From an uncultured Fibrobacterota bacterium (lineage in GTDB: Bacteria > Fibrobacterota > Chitinivibrionia > Chitinivibrionales > FEN-1185), in NCBI GenBank assembly GCA_963753345.1, contig CAVWBU010000052.1:1-63222 (forward strand): a stretch of 63,222 nucleotides of DNA. Reading direction: 5' to 3'. Positions within the stretch are counted from its first letter, which is position 1; each line of letters begins with the position of its first letter. The notes below the pieces were generated by a model. The model made no database searches. It worked only from the letters and a program-made list of their open reading frames with translations, and was not told the origin of the DNA. Shown here in pieces: positions 1 through 9,954 of this stretch. The translations under genes and the position numbers were made by a program.

Positions 1-102
1 TAAAGAAGGAGGCGCTCCATTAATATTCTATTTTGGAGCGCCTTTCCATTTTCAGTATATTCTGTAATATGTGAAAGAAAGACGAAAATAGGAGCTTTAA
101 AA

Positions 103-294
103 ATGGGGAAGTCCATGTACGACTTTGGCAAACGGGCGAAAGAAAAAGCAAGACAGCAGAAACAAATGGATAAGGCTTCAAAGCGCATAATGGCCAAGCA
201 GCAAAAGGCTGATATAAAAGCAAACACTCCAAACGTAGACTCAGATATAGCTGAGCCGCAACGAATGGAAGACAACGGCAAAAGCACTACATAG
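103..294 (+). CDS. small basic hypothetical protein
   Basis: 63-aa Lys/Arg/Gln-rich ORF with AGGAG RBS upstream. Confidence 0.55.
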   Translation: MGKSMYDFGKRAKEKARQQKQMDKASKRIMAKQQKADIKANTPNVDSDIAEPQRMEDNGKSTT

Positions 295-405
295 GGGCTA
301 TATAATAATCTTAATTCGATTTTATGATGGTTGCAATGACCTTACAAAGGCGGAAATGAATGTTTATTTTTGTTTCCGGGATCGTGAACTTGAAGGTGAG
401 TTGAA

Positions 406-1509
406 ATGGCTGAAGACCCTTTGAGTATGAACAAAGACTTAACAGCGGCGCTATCGCCCGAGCTGTGTGCGAGCAAAATATTTGAGATCAGCGGCACAAA
501 ATTTGATCCTGATGCTGCTGCTGACTTGTGGCCAAGAATTTTGCAGCATAAATGGCTCATGTCCGAAAAACTCCGTCGGGATGTTGGCTTGCGGGTCGCA
601 TGCATCGATTTTCTCGAAAATATAGAGCAGGCTAATGAGGAGTACATGGCCTATAAAAGGAGGGACATCCTCAATGAGATGGGGGCACAGACTATCAGAA
701 AAGAAATATGGGACACCATCTCCGATTCGCAGCCTCCAAAACAGTTAGTTCAGAGGAAAATCATACTTCCGTTGACAGAACGAGATCTTTCGAAAAAGCA
801 TGGGGTTGTTCCACCCAAGACTATTATTTTTTTTGGACCTCCCGGTACGGGGAAAACTCATTTTGCCAAAGCAATAGCCGGGATCCTTTCCTGGTGGTTT
901 ATTGAAATTGCTCCAAGCATGCTGATGGTTGACGGAAGCGAAAGAGTGGGAGCTAACCTGCGTATAGTAATGGAAAAGGCACGAAACCTGGAAGAAGCGG
1001 TCATCTTTATCGATGAGTTTGAAGAGATTGCGGGCAGTCGTGATGAGGCAAGCCGGGTTGATAAGTCTATTACCAATGAATTTCTTAAGCAGGTGCCGCT
1101 GCTTAAAAACCAGGGAAACAATATACTTCTCATTTGCGCTACGAATTATATCAGGCAACTTGATGCGGCACTGCTTCGCCCGGGAAGATTTGATTGTATC
1201 ATTCCCGTAGGCGGTTTAAACGAAGATGAGAGGAAGACTATTCTGGGGCACTACCTTTCCAAGCTTCATACAGGGGAGATCGATCTTGAGCGCATCATAA
1301 AGATGACATCTCAATTTACACCGGCTGATATGGAGTATCTCTTCCAGCAAGTTGCACAGTTTACCTTTGAAAAGGAACTTGCCACGAAACGGGATTATCG
1401 GGTAACTACGGAAACTATTATTGAAATTATGCCGAAAATCCGTCCTTCTCTGACTGACGAGATCATCACAGAGTTTGAAAAAGACAAGATCACCTATTCC
1501 CGCGCGTAG
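406..1509 (+). CDS. AAA+ ATPase with DUF4032-like N-terminal segment
   Basis: Walker A GPPGTGKT, Walker B VIFIDE, SRH TNY..LDAALLRPGRFD; N-terminal ILQHKWLMSEKLRRDVG resembles the DUF4032 motif. Confidence 0.85.
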   Translation: MAEDPLSMNKDLTAALSPELCASKIFEISGTKFDPDAAADLWPRILQHKWLMSEKLRRDVGLRVACIDFLENIEQANEEYMAYKRRDILNEMGAQTIRKEIWDTISDSQPPKQLVQRKIILPLTERDLSKKHGVVPPKTIIFFGPPGTGKTHFAKAIAGILSWWFIEIAPSMLMVDGSERVGANLRIVMEKARNLEEAVIFIDEFEEIAGSRDEASRVDKSITNEFLKQVPLLKNQGNNILLICATNYIRQLDAALLRPGRFDCIIPVGGLNEDERKTILGHYLSKLHTGEIDLERIIKMTSQFTPADMEYLFQQVAQFTFEKELATKRDYRVTTETIIEIMPKIRPSLTDEIITEFEKDKITYSRA

Positions 1510-1837
1510 AAGTCGTGTCTGTTGCACCATAATTTTCATGAACGCGACAGGTTCTGCGCAAAGCGGGCTTGAAGTGAGAATGATGGACTTGCAACAAAGT
1601 CTCTCCCCAGTTAATTATGCACATTTCTCCCAGTTAGCAGTAATCCGAAACGAGACCCATTTGGACACTGTCTGTCAAGTCAGGTATAAGTGAGAGCAGT
1701 ATTATGACCCGAACCGAGACTATTTGATTTGCATCTCAATTGATCAGCACGAGATATCATAATGCTACATGGTCACAAGGAAGCCTCTCATCTTCTGGGG
1801 TCCCTCCCCTGCCAGCTTCTCATCGATCGCTAAAGAA

Positions 1838-2010
1838 AGCCATTCCAAGCACCTGGGGGCGGCTTTTGTCGCCCCTATCTTTCTGTCAGAATAACGAATC
1901 CCCATACAAGTAAGTGGGTAGATACAGTTGGACTAATTGATACAGGAGCTGATGATTGTGCAATACTAGCATCATTTGCTGTTTTATGAGGACATGATTT
2001 GTCCAAGGGG
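1838..2010 (+). pseudogene. retropepsin-like aspartyl protease remnant
   Basis: manual translation from 1870: RPYLSVRITNPHTSKWVDTVGLIDTGADDCAILASFAVL*GHDLSKG; LIDTGA motif, in-frame TGA at 1987, no start codon. Confidence 0.6.
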
Positions 2011-2069
2011 AGTATCGTATTTTAAGAGAATATGTGATTTCTTAAAACATTTCTTATTGAGAATTTCTC

Positions 2070-2499
2070 CTAACTCCTTTCCTTCAGCACTTCGTGTATT
2101 CTGCTGATAAACTTCCTGGCAAAAGTCAGAGATTGTTTTGCCTCCTCGTCTGAAACAATGCCTGCGGTATCGTAGACTGCCTGGTTCCGTTTCATTCGCA
2201 TTTTATCGAAACAATTTACCTCATCCTAAAACTTCTCACCCAGGGCGCGTTCAGTAAAAAGTATGGCTGTTTTATGCTGCCCTTCCCCTATGGGTCTGAA
2301 CCTTTCTACGTACATCAGAGCCCGAACCGCTTGTAGAATCGCATTATATGCAATGTTGTATGCCCAGTCGTTATCGACTCCAAGGATCGCAGCAGCTCTT
2401 TAGATCTCGGCTTGCTAGCTCCATCTGTTTTTTGATCTGTCGCTTCGTGGCTTTAAATGGCTTTATGAGACCTTGAGCCTCAAGTTGCTCGTAAGTCAT
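2070..2499 (-). pseudogene. HEPN-domain toxin, disrupted
   Basis: manual translation MTYEQLEAQGLIKPF...DWAYNIAYNAILQAVRALM...GQHK...RMKRNQAVYD; frameshift near 2400 and in-frame TAG at 2226-2228; start overlaps the MNT gene end. Confidence 0.75.
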
Positions 2500-3058
2500 C
2501 CTCTTCACCTATCAGCATGAGCTTAGGCTCATTCATCACATTAACAATGAATGGGTCTTCCTTTTTCATTCGCCGCTTATAATCCTTCAGTCCGTATAAC
2601 GAGGGATTAATCTGCCGTCCAAGGCTTCTTTCGGCACCTTTTAATAACCTCAGAAGCGTCTCCAGAGGGATTTCTCCGAGAAACAGCAGATCGATGTCGC
2701 TCTTCGCCGTGTCAGTGCCCGCTGCAATGGAGCCATAGACAAAAGCATAATCAATACCCCTCGCTTTTGACAGAGTCTCCTTGAGCGTACCCACGATGCC
2801 TCTCGTTTTTAGGATAATCGATCTCAGTTCGTCGTAAAGCAAGAAATTCCTGTTTAATGAGTAGTACTTCAAATTTCCTTCTTTTCTATCCGTGAGCAGT
2901 CCAATACTCTCCAGCGCTCTCAGTTCTCGGCTGATGTTGCCGCGATCCTCTCCGGTGCGCTTCACAATATCACCAAAGTAAAAGGCCTCTCCCGGCCATG
3001 AAAAGAAAAGTGACAATAGTTCTACTCTCAATTTTGACGCGAATAATTTAACCAGCAT
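2480..3058 (-). CDS. winged-helix plus minimal nucleotidyltransferase (MNT) antitoxin
   Basis: N-terminal wHTH (NISRELRALESIGLL), VYGSIAAG..SDIDLL motif; ATG at 3058 with AGGGAG RBS. Confidence 0.85.
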   Translation of the reverse strand: MLVKLFASKLRVELLSLFFSWPGEAFYFGDIVKRTGEDRGNISRELRALESIGLLTDRKEGNLKYYSLNRNFLLYDELRSIILKTRGIVGTLKETLSKARGIDYAFVYGSIAAGTDTAKSDIDLLFLGEIPLETLLRLLKGAERSLGRQINPSLYGLKDYKRRMKKEDPFIVNVMNEPKLMLIGEEDDLRAT

Positions 3059-3071
3059 ATGGATCTCCCTT

Positions 3072-3112
3072 TTGTTGTAAATAATACAACAATTGTTGTA
3101 ATTATTACAACA
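3072..3112. promoter_or_regulatory. twin palindromic operator upstream of the MNT gene
   Basis: TTGTTGTA-N5-TACAACAA directly followed by TGTTGTAA-N3-TTACAACA. Confidence 0.6.
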
Positions 3113-3205
3113 TATATTCACGGGGCTGTTCACATATACTAAAATGCCTATTGACAACCAGTTTTCTAAAGTTTCTCATATAGGGCGCTATGCCGTTCCT
3201 GCGCT

Positions 3206-3699
3206 CGCCCTCCAGGTACGTGTTCTGGCAGGCAAGCGTCCGCGCTTTCAGTTTCGCCTCGAATTCCGGGCGGACGCAGTAATTTTTCTGTGAGACAACG
3301 CGGCCGTAGGTGAAAGGGTTCATGCCACCTCCTTGTTGCACTCATCGGTATTGCACCATTTAATATACTTCATTGCACTAAATAGTGCAACACTAAATGG
3401 TACACCTTACAGCAATGCCGTGATGACTCGAAAGCGGGGGAGGGATGGGTGACGCCCTCCAGGTACGTGTTCTGGCAGGCAAGCGTCCGCGCTTTCAGTT
3501 TCGCCTCGAGTTCCGGGCGGACGCAGTAATTTTTCTGTGAGACAACGCGGCCGTAGGTGAAAGGGTTCATGCCACCTCCTTGTTGCACTCATCGGTATTG
3601 CACCATTTAGTATACTTTATTGCACTAAATAGTGCAACACTAAATGGTACACCTTACAGCAATGCCGTGATGACTCGAAAGCGGGGGAGGGATGGGTGA
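3206..3699. repeat. 247-bp tandem duplication holding the 5' stub of an ATP-binding protein gene
   Basis: 3206-3452 and 3453-3699 are near identical (3 mismatches seen); each encodes MNPFTYGRVV..NYCVRPE..NTYLEG on the minus strand, broken at Walker A. Confidence 0.9.
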
Positions 3700-3825
3700 A
3701 GCGCATTGCGGAAGGAAACCGCAGGCGCCCGGCGCAAGGTTGCATTGCAGATGCATCTATCATACAATTTATTTTACCGGCAAGTTCTTTGCCATATTTT
3801 CCGGCCCTTTCTAACGGAGCTCCAC

Positions 3826-5151
3826 ATGATCTACGAAGACGTCCTCGCAAATCCTGACAGCTTCGATTTTTCGGTCCCCATCCTCGGCGAGCGGAAGGTC
3901 GATTCGCCGGTCCGCGGCAGGCAATTCGTGGACGATGACGAAAGAATTACGTTTGCCAGCCAGGTGAAGAACATCAGTTCCCTTATGAAAAGGGCGAAGG
4001 CGTTTCCCGCGTTTGAGAAGGCCGGGCCGCGAAAAAAGATCTTCCACGATCCGGCCGCGAGCCGGGCGGGCATCGTCACGTGCGGCGGGCTCTGCCCCGG
4101 GCTCAACAACGTGATCAAAGGCCTCGTGAACGTGCTGTATCACGAATACGGCGTAAAGAACATCGCCGGGTTCCGTTACGGCTACCAGGGCCTTGTGCCG
4201 AAATACGGCCACGCGCCGCTCGAACTCACGCCGTCCGCGGTTGACGAAATACACAAGAACGGCGGCACCGTGCTCGGTTCGTCGCGCGGCAACCAGGACC
4301 CCGTTGCCATGGTCGATACCCTGGAGCGGATGTGGACAAACATTCTGTTCTGCATCGGCGGCGACGGAACGCTCCGCGGCGCCGCCGCCGTCGCCGACGA
4401 GGTCGCCAAGCGTAAGCGCCCCATCAGCGTGATCGGCGTGCCCAAGACCATCGACAACGACCTGCGGTTTGTGGAGAAGACGTTCGGGTTCGAGACCGCG
4501 GTGCAGGCCGCGGCCGACATCATCGGGTCAGCGCACAACGAGGCCGAGGGCGCGGATAACGGAATCGCGATTGTCAAGCTCATGGGCCGCGATTCCGGGT
4601 TTATCGCGGCCGCGGCCACGCTCGCCAATTCGGTGGTTGATTTCTGCCTCGTGCCCGAGATAACCTTCGCGCTGGAAGGGGAGCACGGACTGTTTGCCGC
4701 GCTTGCGCGCAGGCTCGACGCCGCGCACCACGCCGTGATCGTGACGGCCGAGGGCGCCGGGCAATCCTTGTTTGAAGGCGCGGATGTCAAGAAGGACGCC
4801 TCGGGCAACGTGCTCAAGAACGACATCGGCGTTTTTCTCAAGGACGAAATAGGGAAGTATTTCAAAAAGGCGGGACGCGACGTTTCGGTAAAGTACCTCG
4901 ACCCGAGCTACCATATCCGCAGCGTTGCGGCGAATTCAACAGACGCCATTTTCTGCTACCTGCTCGCCGAGCACGCAGTGCACGCGGCCATGGCCGGCAA
5001 GACGAAAATCGTGGTGGGGCAGTGGAACAATTACTTCACCCACGTGCCCATCGGATTGGCAACGAGGGAGAGGCTGAAGATCGACCTTGACGGAGCGCTT
5101 TGGAAGGGCGTGCTGAGTGCAACGAGGCAGAATGATTATTTTGGGATATAA
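3826..5151 (+). CDS. pfkA: ATP-dependent 6-phosphofructokinase (group X type)
   Basis: TCGGLCPG, GGTVLGSSRG, IGGDGT, PKTIDND, LMGRDSG motifs; ATG 3826 after GGAG. Confidence 0.92.
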   Translation: MIYEDVLANPDSFDFSVPILGERKVDSPVRGRQFVDDDERITFASQVKNISSLMKRAKAFPAFEKAGPRKKIFHDPAASRAGIVTCGGLCPGLNNVIKGLVNVLYHEYGVKNIAGFRYGYQGLVPKYGHAPLELTPSAVDEIHKNGGTVLGSSRGNQDPVAMVDTLERMWTNILFCIGGDGTLRGAAAVADEVAKRKRPISVIGVPKTIDNDLRFVEKTFGFETAVQAAADIIGSAHNEAEGADNGIAIVKLMGRDSGFIAAAATLANSVVDFCLVPEITFALEGEHGLFAALARRLDAAHHAVIVTAEGAGQSLFEGADVKKDASGNVLKNDIGVFLKDEIGKYFKKAGRDVSVKYLDPSYHIRSVAANSTDAIFCYLLAEHAVHAAMAGKTKIVVGQWNNYFTHVPIGLATRERLKIDLDGALWKGVLSATRQNDYFGI

Positions 5152-5179
5152 TGCATCTGTAAATTTGAAGATATTTGGT

Positions 5180-5543
5180 GGGGGAAGTGTCCCCCTAGGG
5201 TGCAGCCTCCTCGGAAAGGTCTTTGTTTGTCGAGTCCGTTAACCTTGCCTTGGGGTCTGCACCCATACCCCCTCGTGGGTAGCCCCCCAGTGAATTGATT
5301 TGCAAGAAAGAAACATCGGCTGCGGGGGCACCGAGAAAAGCAGTTGAATAGTTGAGAAGTTGAGAGGTTGAGAAGTTCAAAGAAGAAATCATTATTTTGT
5401 TCTTGAGGATTCGGACTGGCGCAAGCGTAAACCTTGACTAATGAGACCCTCGCTGCCGCGCGTTAGGTGGACTGGAGGGTGAGCCAAAGCGAATTGCCGG
5501 CCGACCCGACCCCGAGCTTGTCGAGGGGGAGGGGGAACGCCCA
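5180..5543 (+). repeat. composite intergenic element (A + octamer array + C + TTGACT + short B)
   Basis: A 5180-5332, AGTTGAGA array 5342-5378, TTGACT 5434, B 5455-5543 internally deleted between GACCC repeats. Confidence 0.85.
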
Positions 5544-5577
5544 AGTCTTTTAAGATATTTTGTAAAGGAGCAGCAAG

Positions 5578-7069
5578 ATGAATTCAGCGTCATCAAAACC
5601 AGAATCCTCCGACGTCTTCGACCTCGACCTCCACCACAAATACCTTTATTTCCGCCGCACGAAGATAGTGGCGACCATAGGCCCGGCCACGTCGTCGCCG
5701 GAAAAGCTGAGGCGGCTTATTGCCGGGGGGCTTGACGTCGCGCGAATCAATTTCTCGCACGGCGAGGCGCGCGACCACCTGAAGACCATCGGGCTCATCA
5801 GATCGATCTCTGCGAAGCTCGGAAAACCCGTGGCGATACTCGGGGACTTGTGCGGTCCCAAGATCCGCGTGGGCGAATTCGAGGGCGGATCGGCGGCGCT
5901 CAGAAACGGATCAACGGTTTTCATCACGACGAAGCCCGTGATGGGCACGGCCACGATTATCCCTTCGCAGTACAGGGGAATAATAAAGGAATCACAGCCC
6001 GGAAATTCAATTTTGCTTGACGACGGCAACCTTGAACTCAAAGTGGTAAGGAAATACAAAGACAGGATTGAAGCAAAGGTGGTGAACGGCGGGGTTCTCA
6101 AGAACCACAAGGGCATGAACCTGCCCGATGCAAAGCTCGGCGTGGCCGCGCTCACCGCAAAGGACAGGGAAGACGTGCTCTATTGCATCAAAGGCGAGGT
6201 TGACTATATCGCACTGTCGTTTGTGAGGAAGCCGAAAGACATTACCGACCTTAAACAATGGCTGGCCCGCAACAACGCCGACATCCCGGTGATTGCGAAA
6301 ATAGAAATGCCCGAGGCGCTCAAAAACATCCGCGCGATCATGGAACTCGCCGACGGCATTATGGTCGCCCGCGGCGACCTGGGCGTGGAGCTTCCCGCAA
6401 AAAAAGTCCCCATCATCCAGAACAAGCTCATTCAGATCGCGAACAAGATGAGCAAACCCGTTATCGTCGCCACGCAGATGCTCGAAAGCATGATCGAACA
6501 TCCGCGGCCCACGCGCGCCGAGGTCACCGACGTGGCGGCCGCGTGCCTTGCCGGCGCTGACGCCGTGATGATGTCTGCCGAGACCGCCGCAGGGAAATTC
6601 CCCCTCGAGTCGTTTGCGACCATGAATTCAATTTTGCGCGAGACCGAGGCGTACCAGTTCTTCTCGCGGGGCGGAAGGTTCGGCGGTTATTTCCACGGCC
6701 GCGCGAGCGGCCTGCTCGACGCGATCGGCGAGGCGACCGCGCAATTGTCGCGCGACCTGATGGTGCACTGCATTTTCGTGCTCACCGCGTCGGGCTACAC
6801 CGCGCGTATCGTGTCGTCGGACCGGCCGGCCGCGCCCGTCATCGCGTTCACGCATTCGGAAAAGGTGGCCCGGCGCATGCACCTGTTATGGGGCGTGTAT
6901 CCGCATCTTGTAAAGAAGGCGCTCACCACGCAGGAACATCTCACCATTGGCGAGAGCATTCTCAGGGAGAAGAGACTTGCGAAAGAAGGGCGACTTTGTG
7001 ATTATGATTTCGGGACTGAAGGATATCGGAACCAAGGCGACGGCGATAGTGCTGCACAGAGTTGGATAG
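5578..7069 (+). CDS. pyk: pyruvate kinase (one-base frameshift near 6985)
   Basis: RRTKIVATIGPA, RINFSHG, IAKIE, MVARGDLGVE, ATQMLESM; native C-terminus GDFVIMISG..IVLHRVG* lies in another frame ending 7069. Confidence 0.93.
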
Positions 7070-7092
7070 GATATTTTAAAAAAACAAAATAC

Positions 7093-7518
7093 TGGGCGTT
7101 CCCCCGCTTCGCGGGGTCGGTTCTCCTCCGGGCTCGGCTTGTCAGCCTCGTTGCCGGTCCGCCCCTATGCCTGTCGGCGGGGTCGGCCGGCAATCCCGCT
7201 ATGGCGGGACCACTCCGTCGCCCCTAACGCGCGGCAGAAGAAGCCTATTCAGTCTGGTTTTTTATTGCGCCAATCGGAATACTCAGTACAAACCGGAATC
7301 TTTTCCCCAATCCTGCTGTCAACTGCCAACTGTCAACTCTCAACTATTCTTCTTGGTGCCCCCGCAGCGTAGTTTCTGGCTTGCCACCGAACTGTCAAGG
7401 GGGCTACCCAGAGAGGGGAGCGCAGGACCGGCGCGGAATAAGGTGAACGCTGAAAATGTGAGGCTGGGTCGGAGGACGGGGACGACCCTGGAAGTACCCG
7501 ACGGGGTAGACTTCCCCC
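7093..7518 (-). repeat. composite intergenic element, full, minus strand
   Basis: A 7355-7518, heptamer array 7316-7345, C 7265-7280, B 7093-7235. Confidence 0.88.
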
Positions 7519-7536
7519 GATTTCATTTTGCTTTAT

Positions 7537-9375
7537 TTAATTTTGCTCACCAACTACAATCTTCCTTGCCTTCCCATCTTGATTCCTTAAAATCAAGCAC
7601 CCCATCCCGGCCCTCTTCAGCACCGTCCTTAACTCATTATCCGAAATATCACCCCTCACCGTAAACACCGTCCGTCCTCTCAAATCCGTGCACTTGATCC
7701 ATCCCGCCTGACGTTTGAAAGGCGCTGTCAAAGTATTAAATCCGTTCGCCACTCCCGCCGACGTTCCCTTGAGCAGCACCGCGGTTATGGAAAATGCCGG
7801 GAGGCTCATCGACAGCGTTGTTCCGGACACGGCAACGGATTTGCGCTTGAGCGCGTTCGTTGTGGCGGTAAACGTCTCGGTGGCAGGAAGGCCGGACAGT
7901 TCGAGGGTCGAATCGGGTCCGGCCTGGGGCGTGAACCCGGAAAACGAGATCTGCGCCTGCTGCGCGGTTGACGGGAAACGGTTGACAAGAATGACCGTGA
8001 GGGAGTCGCCGGCTGCATTGACAGAGGAGTATGCCGAGACCATGGTGTCGAGGTCCGACGTTGAAAGCACGCGGGTCGTCTTTGCACAGGTTGAAAATAA
8101 ATGCAGCACTTCCCACTGGCCCGGATACCAGTCCCAGGGCGTGAAGATGGTGGCGCCCTGGTCGGCGAACGTCCCCATCATCGACGCATACCACAAGGCT
8201 ATCGCGTTTGCGCTTCCGGTGAGCGCGCCGTGCTCCGAAACGGAGAAGCCGACGTTGTTGTTTGTGCCCATATACTGCGCAAGCCACCGCCGGCTGCGTT
8301 CCATCACATATTCTTTTGTCTGGTTGTTGTCCCAGGAGCCGCTCACGTTCTTTACGCCGTTGGCCCCGGGGTAATTGTACGTGGTGTCGAACCAGACGCG
8401 ATGGAGCTGGGTGATGTCGTGGTCGTTGTTCGTGCCGGGATAGAAGTGGAAGTCGAGCACGTCGAGTAGCCGCACGCCGGACGCCGTCTGCTCCTCGGCC
8501 ACGCGCTTGATGAAATATTCGAGCCAGCAGAAATTGCGCGTCGTGCCGCCGTCGCTGCCGGGAATGGTCACGTTGTTCCACGCCCACCACTGCCATTCGT
8601 TTGTAAAGACCGGGCCGACAAGCTTGATGCCCGGGAATTGCGCCCGCGCCACCTTTGCAACAGCGAAATATTTCGAAAGATAGGTTTCCACGGGCATGGG
8701 CGAGGTGACCACGTCGTCGTGCGTGGAGTTCCAGACTTCAGGCTCGTTGTCCATGTTCCAGTAGCGCAAAAGCGTGCTGTCGAGGCCAAGGCCGCCCGCC
8801 GACACCGGCGAGAAGAAACTTGCAAAGATGCCGGCCGTGGAATCGGCAGGCCAGTTCATCAGATATTTGGTGATGTCGCCCCCGCCGCACCAGTTTTGCG
8901 ACACGTCGGCGGTCCACTGGCACTGGTTGTAGTCCCAGCAGTCGAAGTTGGCGCTGTCGGTGCGCGCGGCCATCCCAAGCAATTGCAGCGCCCACAGGAG
9001 ACTCACCCCGGGAAGACGCTTCTGGACATCCTGCGAAGTAAAGCCCCAATCGTGCGCGTACACGTTGTTGTACCAGTCCGGGTGGGACGAGAGTTTCCTT
9101 CGCCAGTTGTATTTGGTGCTGTTATTGCCGCCGTTGTCGCGGCTCATGCGCAGGCCCGCGGCCTTGTAGAGGGCAATGTTGTCCGCGCTGGTCGGAGTGG
9201 TCGGATCGTCGGAAAAATCGTTGTTGCGGCCGTAAATGTAGGGCGAAATGGGAAGGCGGCCAACCTGGGCATTGATGGTGATGTTCACGGCGGCCAGAAT
9301 GGATTGCGCAAGGATGGCAGCCATAAAACATGCTATGACTATTTGATGTTTTGCCATGAAGAAACGTGGAAACAT
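7537..9375 (-). CDS. secreted glycoside hydrolase family 44 (endoglucanase/xyloglucanase)
   Basis: signal peptide, ISPYIYGRN, GGNNSTKYNW, MDNEPEVWNSTHDDV, LLDVLDFHFYP. Confidence 0.85.
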   Translation of the reverse strand: MFPRFFMAKHQIVIACFMAAILAQSILAAVNITINAQVGRLPISPYIYGRNNDFSDDPTTPTSADNIALYKAAGLRMSRDNGGNNSTKYNWRRKLSSHPDWYNNVYAHDWGFTSQDVQKRLPGVSLLWALQLLGMAARTDSANFDCWDYNQCQWTADVSQNWCGGGDITKYLMNWPADSTAGIFASFFSPVSAGGLGLDSTLLRYWNMDNEPEVWNSTHDDVVTSPMPVETYLSKYFAVAKVARAQFPGIKLVGPVFTNEWQWWAWNNVTIPGSDGGTTRNFCWLEYFIKRVAEEQTASGVRLLDVLDFHFYPGTNNDHDITQLHRVWFDTTYNYPGANGVKNVSGSWDNNQTKEYVMERSRRWLAQYMGTNNNVGFSVSEHGALTGSANAIALWYASMMGTFADQGATIFTPWDWYPGQWEVLHLFSTCAKTTRVLSTSDLDTMVSAYSSVNAAGDSLTVILVNRFPSTAQQAQISFSGFTPQAGPDSTLELSGLPATETFTATTNALKRKSVAVSGTTLSMSLPAFSITAVLLKGTSAGVANGFNTLTAPFKRQAGWIKCTDLRGRTVFTVRGDISDNELRTVLKRAGMGCLILRNQDGKARKIVVGEQN

Positions 9376-9531
9376 TGTTGTCCTCCTTCAAATCCTATCA
9401 CGTGTGATCAATTCACGATGGAAACAGGCATGACAAACCATTTCGGCATCCCGCTTTACAAACCCGTTCCTGTCAATAATATAAGGTAGTTGCCGGAGCG
9501 AATTATGATAAAAAAACGAAAGCGAGGGAGG

Positions 9532-9864
9532 CTACTTCGCCTCTTCCGCCACTACCGCCGTCCCGTAGCACAAAACTTCGGTGACCCCTTGCATCACCTC
9601 ATTGGCATCATACCGTACGCCGATCACCGCGTTCGCGCCGAGCTGGTCCGCGTGCTTGAGCATGAGATCGAAGGCATCGGACCGGGATTTCTCGCACAAC
9701 TGGGTGAAAAGGGTGATGTTTCCGCCGAACAGCGTTTGTAAAGACGCGCCGAACGTGCCGATTACCGAACGCGAGCGGACAATGATGCCCCGAACGATGC
9801 CGAGACTTTTTGCAATGGTGTAACCGTCGATGGTGAATGCTGTTGTTGTGAGGGACCTGTGCAT
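9532..9864 (-). CDS. YbjQ/UPF0145 family protein
   Basis: [26 protein letters not shown]. Confidence 0.9.
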   Translation of the reverse strand: MHRSLTTTAFTIDGYTIAKSLGIVRGIIVRSRSVIGTFGASLQTLFGGNITLFTQLCEKSRSDAFDLMLKHADQLGANAVIGVRYDANEVMQGVTEVLCYGTAVVAEEAK

Positions 9865-9954
9865 GGGGCCTTCCTTTGGGGAGGTTGAAGAGCAAAATCC
9901 TTTTGACAGCTAATCTTGTATTTTATTTTCTCCTGCAGTAAATGCTTCGCTTTT

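Noticed and set aside
5455-5543. Module B as an integron attC site (contains GCGTTAGG)
   Set aside because: No RYYYAAC partner box at a suitable position, the B' subtype lacks GTT, and flanking genes are housekeeping
7070-7664. ORF-track pyk tail and ORFs over the intergenic repeats (also 19199-19408, 33433-33600, 40423-40950, 46365-46790)
   Set aside because: They translate repeat DNA and share spurious words such as WAFPS and VAPNAR
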